A stretch of 63,934 bases of DNA, filler included, from Octopus bimaculoides (taxonomy: Eukaryota): NCBI RefSeq assembly GCF_001194135.2. It is 5 parts of 5 records of this genome, joined end to end, with 100 filler letters (N's around TTAATTAATTAA, not from the genome) between each part and the next. Parts side by side here need not be neighbours in the genome. Positions count along the whole stretch, not along the records: positions 1 to 30,162 come from NC_068988.1; positions 30,263 to 36,565 come from NC_068984.1; positions 36,666 to 42,474 come from NC_068998.1; 2 more parts are not named here. The stretch is one strand, 5' to 3'. Numbering within the stretch: position 1 is the first letter of the stretch; every line of letters starts with the position of its first letter. The notes beneath the pieces are model-generated. The model had not been told where the DNA came from, made no database searches, and was given only the letters and a program-made list of their open reading frames with translations. Position numbers and translations under genes: made by a program. Positions 27,377 to 39,453 of the stretch are shown here, in pieces.

Positions 27377-29106
27377 GCACGACGCACACACGCAAACTAT
27401 CTCATTCTTTCTCTCGCCATACACACATATACACACCTACAGTAAGGTTAAACATATGTATACAAATTTATTTACACAGATATATTGTCCCGGTACCAGT
27501 GGCGGCTCGTGTATAGGCACTGCGGAACTGCAGCACCTCTTATTTCTTCCACTCGATATTATCAATAACATTCAATATAATGAGTCCTTTTCCTTAAATT
27601 CTTTCTTTATACTTGTACATTATATAATCCTTAAGCTTAATGTCAGTAGCCATCCCCTAGTTTATGAAAAAAATACAAAAACCCTTGTATAGAACTGTGC
27701 GCTTCACAGTTCAAGTGACACGGTATATGGCTGTTGTGCGCATGTTCATATGTCCGAGATAGGAAGCTTCACTCTAGGAGAGAGAGAAAGCATTACGTGA
27801 ACGACAGTGCCGACCGCGGTGTTCCGGTGAAGCCTACCGCGGTGTTCCGGTGAAAAGTAGTGTTTCTTTTTGACTCCGCGTGTGTTGTGCTTGAAATCGT
27901 GTTTATATTCTTGAATGTGATAAAGTGTAGAATTAGATTATTATCCTGCTTCCATCTTCAGTGTTGCTGCCAGGATTTGAAAACTAGGGCACATTTCCCC
28001 TCACTTATTTTGTGATTTAGGTGGGATTTATGAAAAACAAAGGGGAATCCACGGCGGTGTTCAGTGAGCAAATTAAACACACTACCCAGCAGTGGCTAAA
28101 ACGCGAACTGATCAAGTTTATATATAATTTTTGTTTTTATGTGTTTGTTTCCTTTTACACAATATTAAAACAACGGCTAAAAATTTTCTTAAGCAGCACC
28201 CCACTAATTTTATCTACGAGCCGCCACTGCTCGGTACTGAAATTAGCAAATCTTTGACACTAACGAATATACTGACATAAGAGTAAGCAAAAGTAGTGGT
28301 TGTTGTTAATTGCATTTTTCAGTAGTTGCTACACCTTCATTCTTGCAATAGATTGGATGAAATGAATACGCATGAGAAGCTGGTGATGACGGATGGAACT
28401 AGTCGAACCGTTCATCAAACTATTGCGCAGAAAGAGCTCTGTGTTTTTAGCAACAAAGTTAATATACAGAGCGAGGTTCAATGTATGTTTTCTAAACGTA
28501 AGTTATATAATGTATATATATATANNNNNNNNNNNNNNNNNNNNNNNNNNNNNNNNNNNNNNNNNNNNNNNNNNNNNNNNNNNNNNNNNNNNNNNNNNNN
28601 NNNNNNNNNNNNNNNNNNNNNNNNNNNNNNNNNNNNNNNNNNNNNNNNNNNNNNNNNNNNNNNNNNNNNNNNNNNNNNNNNNNNNNNNNNNNNNNNNNNN
28701 NNNNNNNNNNNNNNNNNNNNNNNNNNNNNNNNNNNNNNNNNNNNNNNNNNNNNNNNNNNNNNNNNNNNNNNNNNNNNNNNNNNNNNNNNNNNNNNNNNNN
28801 NNNNNNNNNNNNNNNNNNNNNNNNNNNNNNNNNNNNNNNNNNNNNNNNNNNNNNNNNNNNNNNNNNNNNNNNNNNNNNNNNNNNNNNNNNNNNNNNNNNN
28901 NNNNNNNNNNNNNNNNNNNNNNNNNNNNNNNNNNNNNNNNNNNNNNNNNNNNNNNNNNNNNNNNNNNNNNNNNNNNNNNNNNNNNNNNNNNNNNNNNNNN
29001 NNNNNNNNNNNNNNNNNNNNNNNNNNNNNNNNNNNNNNNNNNNNNNNNNNNNNNNNNNNNNNNNNNNNNNNNNNNNNNNNNNNNNNNNNNNNNNNNNNNN
29101 NNNNNN

Positions 29107-29609
29107 ATTTTTTAAATATGCCAAAATATTTTTTTGTAATGGTAAAAAACATTAAAATATTGTCTGTTTAAAGAAAGCTAAAATATAAATACTTACTGTA
29201 CAAGCAACTTACATTTTTGAAATCACATTCACTTAAAAAATATTTCTAAATGATTAAAATATTGTGTTCAACAAAAACGAAAATAGAAACATTTACTGTA
29301 AAAAAACAAATCATATTTTTTCGTTGTCAAGTCACTGTGCTTAATCGAAAGGTTAGAGTTTCTTCCCTTTCAGGATGAAGTTATATTCAGACTATTTTCC
29401 CTTTATGCACCATTTTCGGTATTTATATCCCCAAACTCTGGAATATCTCAATAACTACTGGTCCGATTTACGTAAAACTTATTTTATTCCGTTCGTATTA
29501 ACATTTCAGGGGACTTAATTTATAGTATTTTCCCATTATGCGCCAGTTTGGCTGTGTAACATTGCAAACAAGCAAGCAAGATTGAACTTCACTTTAATTA
29601 GTATATAGA
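29107..29609 (-). mobile_element. Non-autonomous Helitron-like element (5' portion)
   Basis: Minus 5' end A|TCTATATACTAATTAAAG followed by (CTTG)n; internal AATATCTCAATAACTACTGGTCCGATTTACGTAAAACTT motif like Lep1/HINE-type elements; runs into a gap. Confidence 0.55.
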
Positions 29610-30104
29610 TAGTGTGAAAACTATGCGCTGGTATGCTCGGACAATGCTTTCGTAAGAATAAATTCAAATATGAAATAGAAGCAGCTCTAGTGAAATAAAC
29701 ACTATCGACCTCACATACTTAACGGATATGCTCGTGTATTTACATGTACGGTACGATTTAGTTCCGCTGTATCTAAATATATGTGCGTGTGTATACGCAC
29801 ATACATACATACATACATACATACATACATACATACATACATACATGCATCATACATACATACATACATACAAACATACATACATACATACATGTATATA
29901 GACAGACAGACAGGCATTATCATTTAAATATATAAATAAGCAAGTATATGCTTAAGAGGACATAAAACAAAACATACAAATCTGCACGTATAAATACATA
30001 CAAAAATACCCTGTTGATGTTGAAATTCAAATGAAAGAGCCTTGAATTTATGTTAGAAACCGGCTCGCTCTGTTGGAAAGAAATCTTGAAATATAACTGA
30101 ATAA

Positions 30105-30162
<58 letters not shown>

Positions 30163-30206
30163 NNNNNNNNNNNNNNNNNNNNNNNNNNNNNNNNNNNNNN
30201 NNNNNN

Positions 30207-30218
30207 TTAATTAATTAA
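30207..30218. other. Artificial scaffold linker TTAATTAATTAA (also 36610-36621, 42519-42530, 59642-59653)
   Basis: Identical 12-mer inside fixed 44N+12+44N blocks; has stop codons in all six frames. Confidence 0.95.
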
Positions 30219-30262
30219 NNNNNNNNNNNNNNNNNNNNNNNNNNNNNNNNNNNNNNNNNNNN

Positions 30263-30377
<115 letters not shown>

Positions 30378-30774
30378 GCAACAGTCACGTTGCCAAAAGG
30401 AATTTTTAAGAAGACAGCAGATAAAACGCACCTGAATCGTGTGATTTTTTTCTTTTTCTTAGAATAATATTCTTCTTGACCAAACAATTTGACTATAAAG
30501 GATTCCACTGTTTCTCCGACCTATTTTTGTGTGTGTGTCCCTCCATTGTTGCTATTGTTGGACAACATCGCCTCTGCTTCGTAGGTTACAAAATCAGTAT
30601 TGCACTGACCATTCACTAGGCATTCATTTCTAACCCTACATGAGCATTTTACCTTTTTTTAAATCTTTATATTCCTGATCGTACAATTCTACCATAATAT
30701 AAAAATGATATAGGCTCGACCTGACACAGTTTAAATTCACACCTACAGTATGCTTCGCTTGCATAATAAATATT

Positions 30775-31207
30775 TTTTTCTACTCTAGGCACAAAGTTCG
30801 AAATTTTGGGGGCGGGATCCAGTCGATTAGATCTACCCCAGTACGCAACTGGTACATAATTTATCGACCCCCAAAATGATGAAAGGCTAAGTCGACCTCG
30901 GCGGAATTTGAACTCAGAACGTAAAGACAGACGAAATACTGCTAAGCATTTCGCTCGGCATGTTAACGTTTCTTATTTCTTTATAGCCCACAAGGGGCGA
31001 GACATAGAGGAGACAAACAACGACACACAAAAGGATTAAGTCGATTACATCGACCCCCATGCGTAACTGGTACTTAATTTATCGACCCCGAAATGATGAA
31101 AGGCAAAGTCGACCTCGGCGGAATTTGAACTCAGAACGTAACGGCAGACGAAATACCGCTAAGCATTATCGCCCGGCGCGCTAACGTTTCTGCCAGCTCA
31201 CCACCTT
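30775..31207 (-). mobile_element. Head-to-tail dimer of SINE family B
   Basis: Two units joined at AACGTTTC|TTATTTCTTT; imperfect TSD TTGCATAA(T/C)AA(A/C)TATT at 30759-30774 and 31208-31223. Confidence 0.85.
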
Positions 31208-32499
31208 TTGCATAACAACTATTATTCTTCTCTATATCCCCACCATATACCTCATTCTAAATTTTTTTTCATTTGTGAATTAATCCAAATTCTTTCCCCT
31301 AAATAGACGAAGGGAGATAACCCGTTGTTCTTGATTACCTTATATTTTCCTTTATTTTGCACAAATCTTTAATTTCCAAATAGAAGTATAATAGAATCTT
31401 TATATCCATCTAATAGTTTTTCTGCATAATTGAACGAATCTGCTATTGAAATGCTACATAATATTAATAGCATTAATCTTTCTTTAGAATAATTAATGAA
31501 AATTTTCTTCGTAACCGAACCATAATGCTTTAAATTTTATTTTACATGTATATCTCCACTATTAATTGATTTTAACAAGTAAAGATATACGACTTTTTAC
31601 GAGAGAACCTTTAATTTAATTCCTGTCCTATAATTACCTAAATATAAAATATAGCCGTATTCTTTCTTAGCCATAACTTTAAAAATATTAAAATCTGCAC
31701 ATATACGTTTTATCATATATCCCTAATCACTTATTGTTATTTATAATTTCTTTCAATTAACTATAATATTATTTCGTTATTCTTGCGCCCCACCAGCAAA
31801 TTTATTTCTCTCTATATTATTACCCCCCCCCCACTATTTCTTATCTTTCCTCATTAATTCAATCTTTTTAACTAACGTCTTCACAATATCTTACCCTAAT
31901 TACACTATGTGCATCACAACCCTTAAACGTCTATATATTCTCTTAAATGATTGCATAATATCTATTAAAACACATAACCATCTTTTTAAAATCCCTAATA
32001 GGTTTTTGATAAGTTTTGATTAGCTAATACCTCTCAGTATTACTCCCTTGGCGTCCCATCTTACTTTTCTGACAAACTAATGTTTACATTACGTAGATAC
32101 TCGACATATGAATATGTAGTCCTCATCCATCTTATCTAGAAAGTTCTTTACCACCAACTTGAATTCCTGTGAAAATATGGAGGCATTAGCCTTTTGAATG
32201 AGGCAGCCCTGAAGAGAACTGGACTTTTTGTTCTTATTTTTTACATGGTTCGAATCTTCCGAAGCATTGTTTACATGGTGACCAGATTGAAACATGTGTA
32301 GGCAGTTCTTATGCTTATTTTATATTATATTAATGCATGTTCATTTGAATTTTATTTGTATTAAACCATTTGCTATGTTCATGTTGTGATCAAATAAAAT
32401 AAGTATCCATAATATTTTTTCTCCGTTTTCTTATAGTAAAATATGTATGTATATATATATGTGTATGTGTGTGTGTGTGTGTGTGTGTGTATTTATATA

Positions 32500-33078
32500 T
32501 ACGAAGAATTGAACAGATAGACTACAACAAGGAAAAAAGGTTAGACGAAAGTAGAGCAAACGGGAAACTAGACGAAAACTTAAAGGTCGAGGAATATAGA
32601 GAAAGACACGATACACGAAATATTTGCAGCTGAGTTTTCCTCGTCAGTCAATGAACCAAAATATCATCGTGGTTTCGCACCATTATCATTGAGACCACTC
32701 TATCTCGGAGGTGCTAGTGCTGTTATTAAGCTACTGGGACAAAGCTAGCGAATGTATATTGAAACAGAAACAAACATGACAATATATAAATACAACAGAC
32801 GACGAATTATGTATACATAACAACGTGAAGCCATACGGCTCTATTGAACCGTAGAAAAAAATAATATTTATACATATACCACAATTACAACAGAAAATGC
32901 CTTGCAGCTATCATACGAACTGAGTGGGGTAGTGTAGGGTTAGGGCGTAGCTGGAGCCCAGACCAGCATGACCAGTCTGGTCAAAGGCATAGCGGAAAAG
33001 AACGACACCGCCTTCACTGGACACCGGTCACATGGTAGGGTAGAGGAAGTATATATATATATATAGAAAAAGAAAGGG

Positions 33079-33118
<40 letters not shown>

Positions 33119-33600
33119 GCAGAAGCAAAGGGAGTGGAGAAACAGAGTGAAAGAGAGAGAAGAGACAGATACAAAGGAGGCAAGAGTGGGAAGAGAGAGT
33201 AAGAGTGGAGTAAGAGTAGAGGTGGAAAGGACAGAATAAGAGTAAAGAGTTAAGAGTCATACCATAGATATTCCAGGAATATTTTTTGCAATAAAGTGAC
33301 AAAACAGGGAGTGCGCTGTGCTACATGGATGGATTAAGGATTGAACAGAGAGAATACGACAAGGAGTTAGACGAGAATTAGACGGAAGTAGGACAAACGG
33401 GAAACTAGATAAAGACTTAACGGACGAGGAATATAGACAAAGACACGATACACGAAATATTCACGGCTGGAGAAAAGAAAACTCCGAATAACACGTCCTT
33501 GTTTTCTTTGTATCGTCTATCTGGATGTTTTGTTGTCCCTTTTTTGTATCACCTAACTGTCTGGATGTTTTGCGTTCTTGTCCCATTTTTATATTTTTCA
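32500..33600 (-). mobile_element. Penelope-like terminal-repeat remnants (two related copies)
   Basis: ACGGGAAACTAGA..GAGGAATATAGA.AAAGACACGATACACGAAATATT at ~32555-32625 and ~33398-33460; decayed hammerhead core in the first; family assignment is inference. Confidence 0.45.
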
Positions 33601-34019
33601 TATATATATATATATATATANNNNNNNNNNNNNNNNNNNNNNNNNNNNNNNNNNNNNNNNNNNNNNNNNNNNNNNNNNNNNNNNNNNNNNNNNNNNNNNN
33701 NNNNNNNNNNNNNNNNNNNNNNNNNNNNNNNNNNNNNNNNNNNNNNNNNNNNNNNNNNNNNNNNNNNNNNNNNNNNNNNNNNNNNNNNNNNNNNNNNNNN
33801 NNNNNNNNNNNNNNNNNNNNNNNNNNNNNNNNNNNNNNNNNNNNNNNNNNNNNNNNNNNNNNNNNNNNNNNNNNNNNNNNNNNNNNNNNNNNNNNNNNNN
33901 NNNNNNNNNNNNNNNNNNNNNNNNNNNNNNNNNNNNNNNNNNNNNNNNNNNNNNNNNNNNNNNTAACAGAATGAGATAAAGATCCAAGGCTATAAAGATC
34001 TCAGAACATTTATAAATAG

Positions 34020-34067
34020 GTCTTACAGCTGTTACTGGGACATTTCATATATCCCTTCATCGAAGAC
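34020..34067 (-). ncRNA. Degenerate type I hammerhead ribozyme motif
   Basis: Minus: GTCT-TCGATGA-A-GGGATAT..ATGTCCC-A-GTAA-CAGCTG-TA-AGAC; both core segments mutated. Confidence 0.35.
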
Positions 34068-34512
34068 GGTGTGAGAAAATGGTTAAGCAATAGTTATTCT
34101 AGATAAGATAGGGAATGGATAGTGAAGTGGAGTACCAGTACACTTTCCTTCTCTTCATTTCTCTATTATCTCTCTCCCTGCCTTTCTTTTTTTTCTTTTT
34201 TCCTTTCTTTTTACCTCTCTTCCTGTTTTTTTATGTGACCTTACAAACGCATTGCCAACTTTTAAGTTACTTAAAAAAAAGCCTCGATTCAATAACACCG
34301 CTTACAAACCTTATGCTTGGAATGACCAATTTTAAATACTGTTGGAACTTAATCTCAAGGTACAGGAATCTTATATGTATACCATTCTGCTTAAATAATG
34401 GAACTGCAGATACAACATCCTTGCATATCTCACGTCTGTTTTCATTCCTCCACTTCACTCTCTATTCCATATCTTCTCTAGAATAACTATTGCTTAACCA
34501 TTCTCTCACACC

Positions 34513-34560
34513 GTCTCCGATGAAGGGATATATAAAATATCCCGGAAACAGCTGTAAGAC
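34513..34560 (+). ncRNA. Type I minimal hammerhead-like motif (variant core)
   Basis: GTCT-CCGATGA-A-GGGATA(tataaaa)TATCCC-G-GAAA-CAGCTG-TA-AGAC: stems I/II, palindromic stem III, GUA triplet; U4 replaced by C. Confidence 0.5.
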
Positions 34561-34943
34561 CTTCTATTTATAAATGTTCTGAAATCTTTATAGCCTTGGA
34601 TTTTTATCTCATTCTGTTAATTTTTCTTTTATATACATATGCTGACATATGACCTATGTCGGACTCCTCATTCACATAATCACCGAACCTGGAGCTTAAC
34701 TATAGTCTGTCCATAGCACTTACTCAGCATTAAGTGACATCTTTAGGTCTTCTTGACACCATTACCTCTCATAACCTATATACATATATATATTTATTTA
34801 TTTTTCATAACCTATATACATATATATATTTATTTATTTTTCATAGAAAATTTTTCATAGAAAACCATGTAATCGTTACCAATATAGCAGGAGATTTCAC
34901 CGCAAAAAAGTCTAAATTAGACTCCTTACGGATCGTTCTCCTT

Positions 34944-35096
34944 GTTTATATATCCAAAGTTTTAAATTTAAATTTAAGAGAGAGATTTGACGCTAATATC
35001 CATTATTATTGTAATTTTTGTAATTACAATAATAATGGATATTAGCGTCAAATCTCTCTCTTAAATTCAAATTTAAAACTTTGGATATATATAAAC
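34944..35096. repeat. Near-perfect foldback palindrome, ~72-bp arms, 7-nt loop
   Basis: GTTTATATATCCAAAG...ATTATTGTAAT ttttgta ATTACAATAAT...CTTTGGATATATATAAAC. Confidence 0.95.
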
Positions 35097-35099
35097 AAA

Positions 35100-35697
35100 G
35101 TTCTTTTTTCATCTAAAATATACTCTCCTTTATTTTCTACAATATCTATCTGGTGGACTTGCAAGGCCCCTCTTCCAAAATTCATTTGTCCGTGACGAAA
35201 AATACTCCTCCAGTACTGTTCTGGACTCGTCTACAGAATTAATGTTTTTTCGTCCGAATGGTTTTGAAGATTGCAGATTAAATGATAATCAGATAGGGCA
35301 ATGTCCGGCGAATATGATGGGTGGGGCATCGTTTTCCATTCATATTACTTCAACCTTTGGAATGTCATCCTCGCTGTATGTGACCGAGCATTATCCTGAT
35401 GGAACAACATCTTTCGTCTTGAAACCAAAGATGGTTATTTTCCGATGGCACGCAGGTGTCGATGAATGATTGAATGACCAAATCCAAGCTTCTCTGCTAG
35501 TTCCTCAACAGTTACAATGAGATTTTGTTCCACCAAGGTTTGCAGGACGCCCTGCTTGGAATTTCTGGAACCACCGTTGACACTGGCGTACACTTATTGT
35601 CCCATCCCCATATACTGCATTAATATTCCTTGCACTTGTTGCCTTTATTGAACTTGTGAAGCAAAATATCGCGAATATGCTCTTTTGTTGCTTCCAT
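35100..35697 (-). pseudogene. mariner (DD34D) transposase, internally deleted
   Basis: Start MEATKEHIR.ILL; HQDNARSHTAR...HPSYSPDIALSDYH with 34 residues between the last two Asp; stops and frameshifts. Confidence 0.9.
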
Positions 35698-36037
35698 TAT
35701 AATTTTAAAAAAATAACTGTTAAAATCGAACCGCACTCTTCAAGACTTGCTCTAACATTAAGTACAAGTTAAAATTATTACCTGCTTTTATAGTAATTTG
35801 ATACAGGTAGTTTATTCCGTCCCCCGCCGACTTTTAGTTCATGCAAAACCGTATTATTTATGGGATGACCCAACATATATGCCTGTATAAGGTTAATGGA
35901 GAAAATACAAGGGACTTTCAAGTCCTGAGCACTCGACAAACGATAGAAAGGGATAAATATATATATGGAGGGTGGATAGAGAGGGCGAAATGTGTGTGTG
36001 TGTCTGTGTGTGTGTGTGTGATTGAATATGTGTTTAC

Positions 36038-36070
<33 letters not shown>

Positions 36071-36522
36071 TGAGAGTGAGAAAGAGATAGTGAGAGAACT
36101 GTGCTGTGTCTTCGTGAAGATGCAAGCATATTTCTATGTCCGTGTATGTGTGTGCAGAAGGTTTTACAATAATTGATGGCAATTGAGCGAATCTGGATGA
36201 GATGCGATTTATTCTGTCGTGTGGTTAAAACAACACACTTAATTTTCAGTTGGTGCATATGGCAGGGACGCAGGAAACAGGTTCGTTCTTGAATTTGAAT
36301 CATTATCACTGTCTTAAATTAAGTGTCTTAAGTGTCGAATTCTGGTTATTTTGATTTTTTAACGACGGGTATATATAGCTATTAGCAAAAACCACAAGCA
36401 TACATGCACACACGTGCGCGCATGCGTACACATATTCCTATGAGTGTAAGCATATATATGTGTGTGTGTGTGTGTGCATATATATGTATGTATGTATATA
36501 TATGTATATACATATATATATG

Positions 36523-36565
<43 letters not shown>

Positions 36566-36666
36566 NNNNNNNNNNNNNNNNNNNNNNNNNNNNNNNNNNN
36601 NNNNNNNNNTTAATTAATTAANNNNNNNNNNNNNNNNNNNNNNNNNNNNNNNNNNNNNNNNNNNNA

Positions 36667-37939
36667 TATATATATTGGGTGCGTAAGATATATTTGAGGA
36701 CAGATTTATGCTTATAAAAGAAAAATCAGATATATAATAACAGATAATAACTTAATTTATCAAAAAAATGTTATGAGGAGAAAAATAAACCTGCTTTTCT
36801 ATAATGTTATTGAATAAAGCCACCTTCAGCTCCAACAACTGCTTCTATATAAGTTCTAAATCATCTACATGCTCGAATCAAGTGGTCCTTGGTTCATTTT
36901 GGACATTACTCTGACTATGGCAGCTTTCATAGAATATTTGGTGTTATGGGCGTGTTCATTGACCTCTCTCTCTCTCTTAACAATGCTCTACATGTAATAG
37001 TCCAATGGATTGAGATCTGGGGAATTAGGAGGTCAAATGTTAGGGGTTATGTGATCATGAAAATTTTCAGCTGTCCATTCCTGTGTTACTAGAGCCGTGA
37101 GTGATAGTGCAGAGTCTTACTGAAACACATATGGCCTTCCATTGCATACACTGTCTATCCAGGGCTTAACAATTATTTCCAGGATCTCAATGTAGGCAGC
37201 AGAGTTAACTTTAAGGCCGTGTGGAAAGAAGTAAGGAGGCATCACATGCCCTTCATCACTGACAACCCCTAAAACCATGACAGTTGCAAGACGTTTTGTA
37301 TGCATAATACTTGGAACTTCAGAAGGATCTGCACATAACCATCTGTCATTTCTTTTGTTGACCTTTTGATCTTGGTCGAAGATTTTCCTCTTTGAGAAAA
37401 GCCAAATCAAATCTTCTTCTGCTGGATTTTTCATTTTGTTTAAGAACATTTTAGATCTGATGTAATGTTTTCTTTTACTTTTCTGACAAATTGACCTTTC
37501 CTCATCATAGACTTATATCTGATGTCTTCGTGGACAACGTTGCTGACTGTTCCTTCTGACACATGGAGATCTTTTGCAATTGACATCATGGACTTTCTGG
37601 GATTTTAATCAATGGTCTGTTGAGCTTGCTAGATAAATTCAGGTGTTCTGATGATTTCAGAGCATTTAGAATGCTTTTTTATGCTTTGATACTGGTGACA
37701 CGCTTCCATCTTCAGTCTCTAGCTCCTTACAAACTTTGTAGACGAAAGATCTGGCAACTTTTAAAAATTGAGATATTTCTAAATCGCTATGCTCAGCCTT
37801 TATAACCACAATAACAGCATACCTCTTCATCTCTTGAGTAAGCTGAGGGTCTGTCATTATTATTTTCTGAAACAAAGATTATACAGAGTTAGCAAAAAAT
37901 GCAGCAATGACCCATAAAAGACATGTCCTCAAATGCCTT
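36667..37939 (-). mobile_element. Tc1/mariner DD37D (maT-type) element, pseudogenised
   Basis: MKRYAVIVVIKAEHSDLEISQFLKVARSFVYKV; FDQDQKVNKRNDRW; Q*DSA...PPNSPDLNPLDYY with 37-aa spacing; imperfect TIRs ATTTGAGGACA..TTTATG / CATAAA..TGTCCTCAAAT (right end runs into a gap). Confidence 0.9.
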
Positions 37940-39199
37940 NNNNNNNNNNNNNNNNNNNNNNNNNNNNNNNNNNNNNNNNNNNNNNNNNNNNNNNNNNNNN
38001 NNNNNNNNNNNNNNNNNNNNNNNNNNNNNNNNNNNNNNNNNNNNNNNNNNNNNNNNNNNNNNNNNNNNNNNNNNNNNNNNNNNNNNNNNNNNNNNNNNNN
38101 NNNNNNNNNNNNNNNNNNNNNNNNNNNNNNNNNNNNNNNNNNNNNNNNNNNNNNNNNNNATATATATACACATATATATAATACATACGTACATATATAC
38201 ATACATAGCACACACACACGCGCACAGGCACACATCAGTAAATACGGGTTTTCGTTTTCAAAATGCTGAGCGTGTTATTCGAGGGCAATTTGCCCGCTAA
38301 TTCAAACAAACCAAAGCCACGTTGTGTAGATAGGCTCTCTTGTTGTTTGGAAATCAGATTAGTTTTAAATGAAGGAGAAATGATTGCTAGTTTGTGGTTA
38401 GGAATTACTTTAGAAATTCATTATCTCCCGCTGGTGTTTTACGATGGTGACCAAGGTAACGGTGTGTAAATATTAAAATATCGTTTTTATTATGAACTCT
38501 TCGATAATAAATCCGATGTTTTTAAAACGTGGATTGATCTGATAATCGAATTCGGCTTTAATGGGATTAGATTAATGAACTTGATATCATGTTACATATA
38601 TTGAGAGAGTTAACACCGCCATACATAAATGAACTAGCTTTTCAAGAACTTCTAGCGGGTATCTTATAACTATTACTGCATGATTTCGGAGAGGGAGAGA
38701 GAATTGGTTTCGATTTTTGATTTTTGGTTTTGGATTTGTTGTTGTTATTGTTGTTGTTGTTGTTTCTGTTGCTGTTGTTGGCCTTGTTGCTGTCGTTGTC
38801 ATTGTTGTTGTTGTTGTTGTTGTAAAAATACTCGTGAAAGCTTTCATACACGAAGATCAAGTTAAAATTGATATGTAATTGAGTGATCGAATCTTACTCT
38901 CTCGTTCGAGAATAAATGAACTATTAAATAAATAAATAAATAACTAAATGAATGAATTGAATAAATAAAAGAGACAAAGAAACAAATAGATTGAGAATGT
39001 GTATAAATGAATGGATGTAGGACAGTAATATCAGAGGTGAAGTGCAGTTTTAGAAGGAAATTATAAGGAAAGAAACAAGATGAAGCCTAAAGTAGCTGAC
39101 GATGAAAATACGTCAGTGAAACAGTAAAGCTGAACAACAGCAGAAACTAGGTGTCACCAAGAAAATTTATTGAACAAATAAGGGAAAATATTGATTGAT

Positions 39200-39416
39200 G
39201 AAAATATAAATTGTGAGAAAAAACACGTACACACATGCATATACACGTACGCATACACCGCTGTTTGTAGATATATGCATATATCGAATAAACGTACGAA
39301 ACATGCATACCTACATACGTTCTTTCGTACATACATGCATACGTACATATATATTCGTACACACACACAGACACACACATATATAAATTCACATAAACAC
39401 GCACACACATGTACAC

Positions 39417-39453
<37 letters not shown>

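Larger units (their letters stand above)
33964..34619. mobile_element. Element with ~170-bp terminal inverted repeats, each holding a hammerhead-like motif (Penelope-like inverted pLTR)
   Basis: 33964-34132 is the reverse complement of 34447-34619 (TAACAGAATGAGATAAA...TTTATCTCATTCTGTTA). Confidence 0.7.
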
